Shown one piece after another: positions 6,402-14,385 of a stretch of DNA of 64,000 bases (positions are counted from its first letter, which is position 1; each line of letters starts with the position of its first letter). Made by a program: the position numbers and the translations under genes. Source of the DNA: a virus. The notes beneath the pieces are model-generated. The model was not told the origin of the DNA, made no database searches, and saw only the letters and a list, made by a program, of their open reading frames with translations. The stretch is from IMG/VR virus record IMGVR_UViG_3300032241_000811, positions 32,001 to 96,000 of that record; one strand, given 5' to 3'.

Positions 6402-6461
6402 ATGAATTTCGCTCCGATTTCTTATAGTGGTTACGGCCTCCACTTATTTGCCTATGTTGTT

Positions 6462-6490
6462 ATTCTAGACTATTACACAGGCTAAGTCAA
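6462..6490 (-). promoter_or_regulatory. Sigma70-type promoter for the tRNA operon
   Basis: TTGACT-N17-TAGAAT. Confidence 0.75.
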
Positions 6491-6498
6491 GCCCTATT

Positions 6499-6572
6499 TG
6501 GCTGCCCGTCATGGAATCGAACCACTGTAACAGGTTCCACAAACCTGCGTTCTACCATTGAACTAAAACGGA
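6499..6572 (-). tRNA. Chimeric/degenerate tRNA-His(GTG)
   Basis: CAGGT-TTGTGGA-ACCTG arm, but the 3' acceptor strand ACGGGCA-G-CCA does not match the 5' strand. Confidence 0.55.
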
Positions 6573-6573
6573 G

Positions 6574-6648
6574 TGGTAGTCCCAGAGGGAATCAAACCCT
6601 CATCTCCGCCTTGAAAGGGCAGCGATCTAATCACTAATCTATGGGACC
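6574..6648 (-). tRNA. tRNA-Glu(TTC)
   Basis: CTGCC-CTTTCAA-GGCGG, CCA. Confidence 0.85.
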
Positions 6649-6654
6649 GTTGTT

Positions 6655-6731
6655 TGGATGCGGGAGGAAGATTTGCACTTCCGATCTCCGACTTATGAGG
6701 CCGGTGAGATAGTCTGCTTCTCTATCCCGCA
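6655..6731 (-). tRNA. tRNA-Met(CAT), initiator-like body
   Basis: TGCGGGA/TCCCGCA acceptor, CT-CAT-AA loop. Confidence 0.8.
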
Positions 6732-6737
6732 ATAATT

Positions 6738-6812
6738 TGGAGGACGCAATGGGATTCGAACCCATGACTTACGGTTTAAAAGACCGCTACTCTACCACTG
6801 AGTTATGCGTCC
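6738..6812 (-). tRNA. tRNA-Lys(TTT)
   Basis: GCGGT-CTTTTAA-ACCGT, CCA. Confidence 0.92.
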
Positions 6813-6816
6813 ATAA

Positions 6817-6890
6817 TGGCTGGGAGACAGGGACTCGAACCCCAATATACGGAATCAAAATCCGCAGTCCTACCATTAGACGATCTCCCA
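6817..6890 (-). tRNA. tRNA-Gln(TTG)
   Basis: GCGGA-TTTTGAT-TCCGT, U1-A72, G73-CCA. Confidence 0.92.
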
Positions 6891-6893
6891 ATA

Positions 6894-7271
6894 TTATTGT
6901 GAAAGTCTCTTTGCTTTAGCTTCTGCTGAGACTGACTCAAATAGGTTCATGTTGTCATGGACTCTCTTGACATCTTCTTCTACATTTGGATTGTAGTCTT
7001 TGAAGTTGTCGCCGTGACCGAGCAAGAGATGGCACTCTTTGTCCATGCACAAAGTAATAAGATTTGTTGGTTCAAGTTCTAATTCAGGAAACAAGTGGAA
7101 CGGCTTCTTGTGATGCACATTCAGCTTCTTGTCTGAACCGCAGCAAGCACATACTGGTTGTTCTTTTAGGTGTGCGTGTTCTACTGCTGGCCAATGAGGG
7201 CTGCGCGGCTTTTCAATGCCTGCTGCATCGTCTCTGTTGGCTGCGACTGATAAATCTTTCTTCTGTGTCAT
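6894..7271 (-). CDS. Small HNH-motif protein
   Basis: CACCG...LNVHHKKP...NLITLC...CHLLLGH. Confidence 0.8.
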   Translation of the reverse strand: MTQKKDLSVAANRDDAAGIEKPRSPHWPAVEHAHLKEQPVCACCGSDKKLNVHHKKPFHLFPELELEPTNLITLCMDKECHLLLGHGDNFKDYNPNVEEDVKRVHDNMNLFESVSAEAKAKRLSQ

Positions 7272-7307
7272 ATCAATACTCCTTGGTTGACGGAGTATTT
7301 ATGAAAT

Positions 7308-7352
7308 TGGTACTAGCGGGTGGGATCGAACCACCTACCACACGGTTATCAG
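7308..7352 (-). pseudogene. 3' half of tRNA-Ile(GAT)
   Basis: CTGATAA loop, T-arm and ACCA present; 5' half missing. Confidence 0.75.
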
Positions 7353-7419
7353 TTTGATGTTTACCTATGTAGAATTTTTGATTTATTTTGTTAGTAATAT
7401 GATAGATAGTGTAGAACAT
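7345..7419 (-). pseudogene. Truncated GIY-YIG endonuclease (first ~25 codons)
   Basis: MFYTIYHITNKINQKFYIGKHQTDN, paralogous to the N-terminus of 3026-3715, fused to the tRNA half. Confidence 0.8.
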
Positions 7420-7423
7420 TTAG

Positions 7424-7478
7424 AGAATCCGATTTGTATAAGCCCATATAGGTTATTTATACAAATCGGATTCTGATG
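7424..7478 (-). promoter_or_regulatory. Late-promoter hairpin leader copy 2
   Basis: AGAATCCGATTTGTATAA/TTATACAAATCGGATTCT with TATAAATAACCTATATGGG. Confidence 0.8.
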
Positions 7479-7554
7479 TCAGCGTAGATGGATTTGAACC
7501 ATCGGTCTCCTGCTCCCAAGGCAGGCGGATTAAACCATACTTTCCCACACGCTG
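7479..7554 (-). tRNA. tRNA-Pro(TGG), no encoded CCA
   Basis: CCTGC-CTTGGGA-GCAGG; C1-G72. Confidence 0.88.
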
Positions 7555-7560
7555 TTATTC

Positions 7561-7604
7561 TGGCGACCCATAGCGGTTACGATCCGCTGACACATCTTAG
7601 ACAG
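7561..7604 (-). pseudogene. 3' half of tRNA-Asp(GTC)
   Basis: CTGTCTA loop, T-arm and TGGGTC-GCCA end; 5' half missing. Confidence 0.7.
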
Positions 7605-7605
7605 A

Positions 7606-7661
7606 GAAGCCTCCGAATACTAAACCCATATAGGTTATTTAGTAAACGGAGGACTTCAATG
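7606..7661 (-). promoter_or_regulatory. Late-promoter hairpin leader copy 3 (downstream ORF deleted)
   Basis: GAAGTCCTCCG...CGGAGGCTTC around CTAAATAACCTATATGGG. Confidence 0.75.
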
Positions 7662-7750
7662 TAGGCGTGTAGGGACTCGAACCCTAGCGAGAACACCGAT
7701 CTAGTGCTAAAGGGATTATAAGGCCCTCCGGTATACCTATACTCACGCCT
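7662..7750 (-). tRNA. Atypical tRNA with TAT anticodon, tetraloop D-arm and long variable arm
   Basis: AGGCGTG/CACGCCT acceptor, GTAT-AGGT-ATAC D-arm, CTTATAA loop, AGCACT/GGTGTT extra arm, T-arm. Confidence 0.65.
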
Positions 7751-7758
7751 TTATTTGT

Positions 7759-7944
7759 TTACAACACCTTGGCAATCAGCCAGAGAATACCTACAACAAG
7801 AATAATCACAATCAAGATGACGGGAATAGCCCAGAAAGGCGCAAGAACCCACCACCAAGACCAGTCAATATAACCCATAAGCTTCAACACAATGAACACA
7901 ATACCCAATGTGCTGAGAAAACCAGGTCCTACTTGAACGCTCAC
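7759..7944 (-). CDS. Small membrane protein (IDWSWWWVLAP type)
   Basis: Two hydrophobic helices and a motif common in phage membrane proteins. Confidence 0.75.
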   Translation of the reverse strand: MSVQVGPGFLSTLGIVFIVLKLMGYIDWSWWWVLAPFWAIPVILIVIILVVGILWLIAKVL

Positions 7945-7983
7945 ATTCTTATCTATGACAATATATCCTTTTCAAAACATTTT

Positions 7984-8059
7984 TGGTAGCCGCTGTGGGA
8001 CTCGAACCCACCCTTGGACGATTTTAAGTCGTCTGTCTCTACCACTGGACTAAGCGGCC
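7984..8059 (-). tRNA. tRNA-Leu(TAA), short variable loop
   Basis: GACGA-CTTAAAA-TCGTC, CCA. Confidence 0.88.
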
Positions 8060-8066
8060 GATATTC

Positions 8067-8143
8067 TGGCGGTCCCGGAGGGATTCGAACCCCCAACTCG
8101 CCGCTTAGAAGGCGGCTGCTCTATCCAGTTGAACTACGGAACC
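8067..8143 (-). tRNA. tRNA-Arg(TCT)
   Basis: GCCGC-CTTCTAA-GCGGC, CCA. Confidence 0.93.
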
Positions 8144-8153
8144 AATAATCTAT

Positions 8154-8357
8154 TTATATAGTTGCAGCAACATCCTTATAGAAGGCTTCAATAAACTTAC
8201 CATCAAGAAACTTTTCGCCCGTCTCAGCAGCCTTAACATAGTCCACAAAGAATAGCTTGTGTATGATAGCATCATCTTCATAGCATGTCAAGTCAAAACC
8301 AATCGGGTCTCCGATATGCAACTCGATATCATACGAACGGTGGCGTGAAAGCATCAT
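8154..8357 (-). CDS. Hypothetical protein
   Basis: ORF in the gene-dense minus-strand run. Confidence 0.55.
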   Translation of the reverse strand: MMLSRHRSYDIELHIGDPIGFDLTCYEDDAIIHKLFFVDYVKAAETGEKFLDGKFIEAFYKDVAATI

Positions 8358-8362
8358 GGTCG

Positions 8363-8812
8363 TTAAGCTGCCTTTTTATTGGTTGTAACACTCGCAACAT
8401 GCTTGCACATTTTGCGAAACTGAAAGCCCAGACAGTCACACGAATAATGCCGGGTTGTTCCATCATAAGTAACAGTGTAAGTCTTTTCTGGCGTCTTGCG
8501 CGATGCAGACTTCACGACCCATGACTTGAGAACAGGCAAATCTTCCTTTACTTTCTCAGCTTTTGTATTGTCATCATACACTATATCTACTACTGTGTCA
8601 AGAGATACCACTGAATGCGGAAAATTAGGATTGCCAGTCGATAGACGAAAAGTATTTGGGCTATCAAGCTTACCACGATCAACAACAATTCCGCGCTTGA
8701 CGCTAATGCGTTCCACATTCTGACTATAACCTTTCATCAACTTTGACCAATCGGAAGTCACGGTAATGCGAGAACCGACCTTGGGTGCTTGAAAAACAAA
8801 AGACTTATTCAT
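8363..8812 (-). CDS. SWIM zinc-finger protein
   Basis: YTVT...YSCDCLGFQFRKMCKHV. Confidence 0.8.
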   Translation of the reverse strand: MNKSFVFQAPKVGSRITVTSDWSKLMKGYSQNVERISVKRGIVVDRGKLDSPNTFRLSTGNPNFPHSVVSLDTVVDIVYDDNTKAEKVKEDLPVLKSWVVKSASRKTPEKTYTVTYDGTTRHYSCDCLGFQFRKMCKHVASVTTNKKAA

Positions 8813-9000
8813 TCCGCTTCCCGAACAATTTCAAATCCATTTTTGAACTCACCATCAAGAAAGCGGATGCCATAAGCAACAGCCTTGTCCTCGGTCTTAA
8901 AGCGATCTTGCCAAACACAATCATCATCCTCAAAACAGAACAGATTGTACATGCCGCTGTGATCTTCATCTTTTTCTACAATAGTATAGCGATAACCCAT
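8809..9000 (-). CDS. Hypothetical protein
   Basis: ORF with GAGGA RBS, overlaps the next gene. Confidence 0.55.
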   Translation of the reverse strand: MGYRYTIVEKDEDHSGMYNLFCFEDDDCVWQDRFKTEDKAVAYGIRFLDGEFKNGFEIVREAE

Positions 9001-9058
9001 ATCTTTTCCTCATCAATACGTATATTATAACACAATAACCTTTGGAAAGCAAGGCATA

Positions 9059-9520
9059 TTAGCCCCGCTTCTTTTGAGCAAGTGACAGCTTATAAAGCTG
9101 AGACAAGGCACGTTCGGTTCCATTGGCTTCAATTTCCCAAGGGTAGAACAAATAGTTGATCAGCTTATCACTCAGCTTCCACTTCTTACCCATCCAGTAT
9201 GCGGTATGAATGTCATGTTCCTTCAGTTCCTTTCGCGCATACTGCTTTACGTGTACCATCTCATGTGCTAGAACCTTGAGTTGCTTTGCACGGCTCATCT
9301 TGGGGTTGATTGAAACTTCAAATACACGTGACCCGTGGCGCCCCTCATCTACAGCAAAACAATGCCCATCAGCCATGCCATCCTTTTCAAATGTCAGCAT
9401 GATGTCAAGGTTCTGGCTCAGCTTGGGGCCCAACAGGGCTTCAGCGTAGAACTTGACGGCGTGCTTTGTTTCGCGGCGCGTCAGAGCGCCTGGCTTTCCA
9501 AATATATCAATGTTGATCAT
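9059..9520 (-). CDS. Zinc metallopeptidase-like protein (HExxH)
   Basis: LAHEMVHVKQY...PWEIEA. Confidence 0.8.
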   Translation of the reverse strand: MINIDIFGKPGALTRRETKHAVKFYAEALLGPKLSQNLDIMLTFEKDGMADGHCFAVDEGRHGSRVFEVSINPKMSRAKQLKVLAHEMVHVKQYARKELKEHDIHTAYWMGKKWKLSDKLINYLFYPWEIEANGTERALSQLYKLSLAQKKRG

Positions 9521-9711
9521 TACCGAACCGCCGGAGAAACACTATAACTTGTAATCATATAGTCCTTATCATTTTGCCACTTGGTATTCAAGATATACTT
9601 GACTAGCTTTTCCTCAGCATTCTTGTAGTCCTTGGCAATGATGCGAAGATAAATCATCTTATCCCAAGGCATCAAGGTTCTTGCTATTCATACTAAAGTC
9701 CTTTCATCAAG

Positions 9712-9845
9712 TTATGCCTTCTTATAGCATAGCTGGACCTATGCCGCAAGCGCAAAATGCGAATGCCTGCTATGCAGTTTATGCAAGGCAGGCAGCTGGC
9801 TAAGTCATTGATTTTATTGGGATTTTAGGAACCCCTTGATTTCAT
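9712..9845 (-). promoter_or_regulatory. Early promoter copy A with IHF-consensus site
   Basis: TTGCGG-N17-TATAAG; AATCAATGACTTA at 9801-9813; similar to 41016-41140. Confidence 0.65.
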
Positions 9846-9867
9846 TGAGTTTTATCTTCTGGTTGTA

Positions 9868-10098
9868 TCAGACCAATAGACTAAACTCCTGGTTGATGTT
9901 GTCAAGGTCCACATGGTTCGTCTTGCGTATCATGAAAGCAGGTGTCCAACCTGAGAAGGCCCCACCGTTGGTGAGAAACTTCACATAATCATGTGCAGCA
10001 TCTTCATAAAAAAAGGACGCAATCGTATGCAGCGTGGTGTGTTCCACTACATCCCAAGTGAAGTCTGTTTCATCCAGAACTACTGTATATTTTGTCAT
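9868..10098 (-). CDS. Hypothetical T4-like phage protein
   Basis: Coupled to gp41; GGAFSGWTPAF motif. Confidence 0.65.
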   Translation of the reverse strand: MTKYTVVLDETDFTWDVVEHTTLHTIASFFYEDAAHDYVKFLTNGGAFSGWTPAFMIRKTNHVDLDNINQEFSLLV

Positions 10099-11507
10099 GC
10101 TACTTTGATTCCTTTGAACTTGTCTCTGTTATTGGTATCATTATTCTTTCCAGTAAATGTTTGTTTACCAGAAACCGGTATAGTTTGCTGCCCACTGTCA
10201 ACAATGTTTTGTGCCGATGCTTCCACATCATATAGCTTCATCTTAGCACGATTGATGCCCAGAACAAATCTCTTGTTGACGTTGGGATCATTATATCTGT
10301 TCTTGAGTTGCTTCACCATGATCTGCCCCAATTTGTCAAGGTTCTCATTTGCGATAAGCGCAAACATGAAGTCAGCAGTTGCAGGCAATCCAAACGATTC
10401 AGAAGTATCTTCAAGCCCCACATCAGTTGATACAAAGCCTGTTCTGTTTGTCTGAGTTGCTGTCAATAGAGGCACTTCGGCTTCAACCGCAAGCCCTCTG
10501 AGTTCTTCTGCAATAGCCTTCACATAGGTATATGAGTTGCCCCCTTCACCAGCACGAATACGAGATGAACAGCAAATGTTCAGATAGTCAATGATCATGA
10601 CATCTGGTTTGAACTTCTTCTTGAGATGCAGTTCGTTCAGCAAAGCCTTGAAGTGAATGGAGCCTGCACTGGCCGTTGGATACTCTTTGACGATCAGTTT
10701 TCCATTGCTCTTGGACTTTAGCTTTTCAGCTTTAGTCTTATACATATCTTTTGGCATGTTCATCAAATCATCAAAAGTCACATTCATCAGATTTGCGTCA
10801 ATGCGCTTAGCCACTTCTTCTTCTGCAAGTTCTAGTGTGATATACAACACATTCTTACCTTGATTGATAAGAGAAGCAGCATAGTGACACATAAAAAGAG
10901 ATTTACCAACACCAGTACCAGCAAGGGCAACATTCAAAGTTTTCTTGGGCAATCCGCCTTTTGTAATCTTGTTGAAAAACTCCAAGTCAAACGGCAGACG
11001 TTCTTCCACACGATGATAGTAATCATAACGCTTGTCATATTGCTCAAAGTAATCATGACCAACATTTGGATCAAATGAAACTGCAAGCGCATCTGAAAGT
11101 ATCTTGGGAATGGCACCTGTAGTCAAGGCGCCACCCTTCTTGTCCATAATCTCAATAGACTTCATGATTGCATGATACAGAGCCTTATCTTGACAGAACT
11201 TTTCAGTTGTGTCAATCAGCCAATCTTCATTGGTAGGCTCATCTTGCGCCTTGAAGTCATTGATGGCCGCTGTGATACTCTTGACTTGATCATCCTTGAG
11301 GTTACGCAAGGAATCAATTTCAATCAACAGTGCATCAGTTGTAGGAGGCTTATTATACTTGAGGATAAATTCCTTGATTTCATTGAATAGAACTTTTTCA
11401 TTCTCATCAGTGAAATACTCAATCTTTATGAAAGGCAATACTCTGCGAGTGTAGCTTTCATTCCTCAGTAACGACTTGAGTATCGTCTTTTCCAGACTTG
11501 TTTGCAT
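10095..11507 (-). CDS. 41: Replicative DNA helicase (T4 gp41)
   Basis: AGTGVGKSLFMC Walker A, IDYLNI, TATQTNR, SESFGLPATAD. Confidence 0.97.
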   Translation of the reverse strand: MQTSLEKTILKSLLRNESYTRRVLPFIKIEYFTDENEKVLFNEIKEFILKYNKPPTTDALLIEIDSLRNLKDDQVKSITAAINDFKAQDEPTNEDWLIDTTEKFCQDKALYHAIMKSIEIMDKKGGALTTGAIPKILSDALAVSFDPNVGHDYFEQYDKRYDYYHRVEERLPFDLEFFNKITKGGLPKKTLNVALAGTGVGKSLFMCHYAASLINQGKNVLYITLELAEEEVAKRIDANLMNVTFDDLMNMPKDMYKTKAEKLKSKSNGKLIVKEYPTASAGSIHFKALLNELHLKKKFKPDVMIIDYLNICCSSRIRAGEGGNSYTYVKAIAEELRGLAVEAEVPLLTATQTNRTGFVSTDVGLEDTSESFGLPATADFMFALIANENLDKLGQIMVKQLKNRYNDPNVNKRFVLGINRAKMKLYDVEASAQNIVDSGQQTIPVSGKQTFTGKNNDTNNRDKFKGIKVA

Positions 11508-11787
11508 CAGCTTCAGCGACCTCCAATATCATAGCATTCAAAATAAGACCAGCGAAGTTCTCAAACTTCTTGTCATTGCGTAAACTGGTTTCAGTATGGT
11601 TCTCACCAAGTTCAATCAGGTCATAGCCAAAGTTTAGCTTTGCTGTGCCATCACCGACTTCCTTGATTGCCACCTTTGTGAAACGCAGTATAACACCTTT
11701 ATACGGATCAATCAAGAGTTCTATTGGCACCGTATCATATTTTTCACTCAGTTCATCATGAAATCTATAATCTTCACCTAGAATCAT
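11458..11787 (-). CDS. Conserved hypothetical protein between uvsX and gp41
   Basis: ORF overlapping both neighbours. Confidence 0.7.
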   Translation of the reverse strand: MILGEDYRFHDELSEKYDTVPIELLIDPYKGVILRFTKVAIKEVGDGTAKLNFGYDLIELGENHTETSLRNDKKFENFAGLILNAMILEVAEADANKSGKDDTQVVTEE

Positions 11788-12848
11788 TGTTCTTCCTCCT
11801 CAATCTCTTTCTCATTGTTGGTATGACCTCCCATACTTTCCAATGAGTATTTTTGCTCTATATATTGTTCGAGATTTGTTGAAGATAGAATGCTCTCCCA
11901 GAAGTCATCATTATCTACAATATCCTTGGCTCGATACTTGTCACCAATGAAGTTGCCAGATTTATCTGTTTTCTGGAACCACCCAACAGTAGGTTTACCC
12001 AAGAATTTACCATCAACAGCTATATCAAGCAGGCCCGACCATTTATTGACTCCGCCCTCAAAAGTCACTGTAATAGGAATCTTAGACTTTTCTTTTACAT
12101 ATCTTGATTTTTCTACATTGATGATAAAATGATATCCTTGGATTTCTGTACCATCTTTTTCTTGCTGGCGCCCAATGATCCAAACATTATCTGCTGAATA
12201 CATAATACCGGTACCGCCTGATACAACATCTTTTGGGAACATACCGATTTCTTTGTATGTATGATTGATGACGATCAAAGGAATATCCTTCATAGTCAAG
12301 TGTGGTGTCACAACCCTAAACAAAGATTTTAGTGCTTTTGCTCTTGACATATCTGCAACTACTTTTCCATCAACCGCATCGTCTACTTCTTTTTTGGATG
12401 CAAGATTACCCAAAGAATCTATAACAATACATACTTTGTCACCTCGATTCAGTTCTTTTAGTTGAACACTCAAGTCATGTTTGAGTTGTTCAATATCAGT
12501 GATAGGTGTATGAATAACTCTATCTGTATCTACATCAAAGTTTTTGAAATATGATTGTGGTGTTCCAAACTCTGAATCATAAAACAATACGACTCCATCT
12601 GAATACTTTTTCTGAAAGGCGGAAGCCATAATCAGTGAAAACGCAGATTTGAAATGCTTAGATGGACCAGCCAACACTGTAACACCTGGAGTTAGCCCGC
12701 CTTTTATAGACCCAGATAGTGCTACGTTTATCATAGGAACGGGTGTTACTACCATATCTTTTTCATTGTAGATTTTAGATTTACGCAACAATGCCGTTTC
12801 AGGGATTGTTGAGTTTTTCTTCAGTTTATCAAAAAGTGCAGATGCCAT
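11784..12848 (-). CDS. uvsX: RecA-like recombinase UvsX
   Basis: AGPSKHFKS, FYDSEFG, IDSLGNLASKKE. Confidence 0.96.
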   Translation of the reverse strand: MASALFDKLKKNSTIPETALLRKSKIYNEKDMVVTPVPMINVALSGSIKGGLTPGVTVLAGPSKHFKSAFSLIMASAFQKKYSDGVVLFYDSEFGTPQSYFKNFDVDTDRVIHTPITDIEQLKHDLSVQLKELNRGDKVCIVIDSLGNLASKKEVDDAVDGKVVADMSRAKALKSLFRVVTPHLTMKDIPLIVINHTYKEIGMFPKDVVSGGTGIMYSADNVWIIGRQQEKDGTEIQGYHFIINVEKSRYVKEKSKIPITVTFEGGVNKWSGLLDIAVDGKFLGKPTVGWFQKTDKSGNFIGDKYRAKDIVDNDDFWESILSSTNLEQYIEQKYSLESMGGHTNNEKEIEEEEQ

Positions 12849-12907
12849 ATTTTCTCCTAATAAAAATCTTGGTTTTACTATATAATCATATATATGGAGT
12901 AGACGAA

Positions 12908-13522
12908 ATGAAACATATCCATCACATACTACCTAAACACAGAGGAGGTTCTGATGAACCTTCCAATCTCATAGAACTTTCTATATCAGAACACGCCAAA
13001 GCCCATAAAACATTATGGGCACAGCACGGGCATATTGAAGATTTTATAGCTTGGAAATGCCTTTCTGGAAGAAGATTGTCTGAGTCTGATCGCATCTTGT
13101 TAGCAAAGTCCGGCTTCATAAAGTATATGTCCAATCCAAAAAATAAAGAAAGTTGGAAGCATAATATCAGAAAGGCAAGAAAAAGTCAAGTGATAACAGA
13201 AGAACATAAAAAAAATATAAGTATAAGTCTAAAACGATCATATAATGAAGGAAGAAAAGTATATAAAAAACCTTCTTCGGAAGTGTTATTGAACAACTAT
13301 AACAAAAATAAAGAAAAGATGGCTGAAAATAGAAAGACATCTTCAAAATGGAAAGCCTCAGTTACTTCAAAAGAAAGCAGAGAAAAGAGACGAAAAAACA
13401 GCAAAAAATCTTTCAAAATATTAATTGATGGAAATGTATATGATTCCATAAGACAGGCCGCAAAAGAAAGCGGTTATTCATATTATACTATTAGGTCTAT
13501 GATAAGAAAAGGGCTTCTATGA
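12908..13522 (+). mobile_element. Free-standing HNH homing endonuclease, antisense to neighbours
   Basis: HIHHILPKHRGGSDEPSNLIELSISEHAKAH; NUMOD3-like EEHKKNISISL; C-terminal HTH; GGAG RBS. Confidence 0.85.
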
Positions 13523-14377
13523 TTTGATAGATTTTGCCCTGATCTTTACTCTAGGCTTCTTCTCTTCTTTGGGTTCTTCATCAGCAATCGTGACATATTC
13601 CAGGCTTCCATAATCATCGCTCATATTTTTCACTGATACGTTGAAAGCTAGAAGCAAACAAATAGCTAACGGATCAAAAACTGCGATAATAATTATTATA
13701 ACAAAACGGATGGCTTTGTCAACTACTTTCGTATCATCAGAGCCATAAATTAGTTCTGCAACATATTTGATAGGTCCAACTTCTGCTTCAACCTTTTTAT
13801 TTTCAGATTCAAGCTTGATCTTTTCAACTTTGAGGCTGGATAGTGTTTCAACTTCCTTTTGCTTTTGATCTATAAGTGCCTTGCGGTTTGCCTTTTGCTG
13901 TTCATTGATTGTTATGGAAGTTGTTGCACGCCCCTTTTCAATCAGCTTATTTACTGAGTTATCAATGACTGCAATCTGCTTGTCTATATCATCCACAACA
14001 CCTTGTTGGATTGAAATCTTTCCATCTACAATCTGAATCTGTTCAGATACGCCTGTGTTGACGGCTAACTGTTGATCAATATGTGCGCGGGATAGAAATC
14101 CAAATATGCCCATGCTGGTGATAAGCATCAACACAATGATTGCAGAGAAAAGATAAACGCGAGTCAGTAGAGGCGCAATCTTCCAGTTGTTATACAACCA
14201 AGAGACAGCGACAAGTTTACCTGTCTCTAATGCTGTGCCCATGATCAGAATCGACCAGAATGCTCCTGCAAACAGCGTTGTCAAACCCACAACAGAATAA
14301 TATGCTGCAACACCAGAAATGGTAATGCCGGATAGAAATGTAAGTATAGGAAGTAGTTTATTTGTGGTCTGTTTCAT
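13517..14377 (-). CDS. Membrane protein with coiled coil, conserved in T4-like phages
   Basis: TM helices, ITSMGIFGFLSRAH, EAEVGPIKYVAE, VFDPLA. Confidence 0.8.
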   Translation of the reverse strand: MKQTTNKLLPILTFLSGITISGVAAYYSVVGLTTLFAGAFWSILIMGTALETGKLVAVSWLYNNWKIAPLLTRVYLFSAIIVLMLITSMGIFGFLSRAHIDQQLAVNTGVSEQIQIVDGKISIQQGVVDDIDKQIAVIDNSVNKLIEKGRATTSITINEQQKANRKALIDQKQKEVETLSSLKVEKIKLESENKKVEAEVGPIKYVAELIYGSDDTKVVDKAIRFVIIIIIAVFDPLAICLLLAFNVSVKNMSDDYGSLEYVTIADEEPKEEKKPRVKIRAKSIKS

Positions 14378-14385
14378 AGACCTAT

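Noticed and set aside
6574-6648. Possible opal (UCA) suppressor tRNA explaining the TGA gene
   Set aside because: The 7-nt loop CTTTCAA centres on TTC (Glu). No UCA or Trp tRNA was found in this window.
3927-7357. Plus-strand ORFs over the tRNA array (e.g. 3971-4291, 4299-4655, 6156-6362, 6737-6919)
   Set aside because: They are antisense translations of tRNA genes (GIEP/GFEP patterns come from T-arms).
4071-7604. Split or trans-spliced tRNAs, or endonuclease-containing tRNA introns
   Set aside because: The 5' fragment is Leu-like while the 3' halves are Ile and Asp with non-complementary acceptor strands; no group I intron core was seen.
3739-7641. CRISPR array from the repeated CCCATATAGGTTATTTA core or the tRNA repeats
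   Set aside because: Only three irregularly spaced copies, explained as promoter hairpins; no cas genes.
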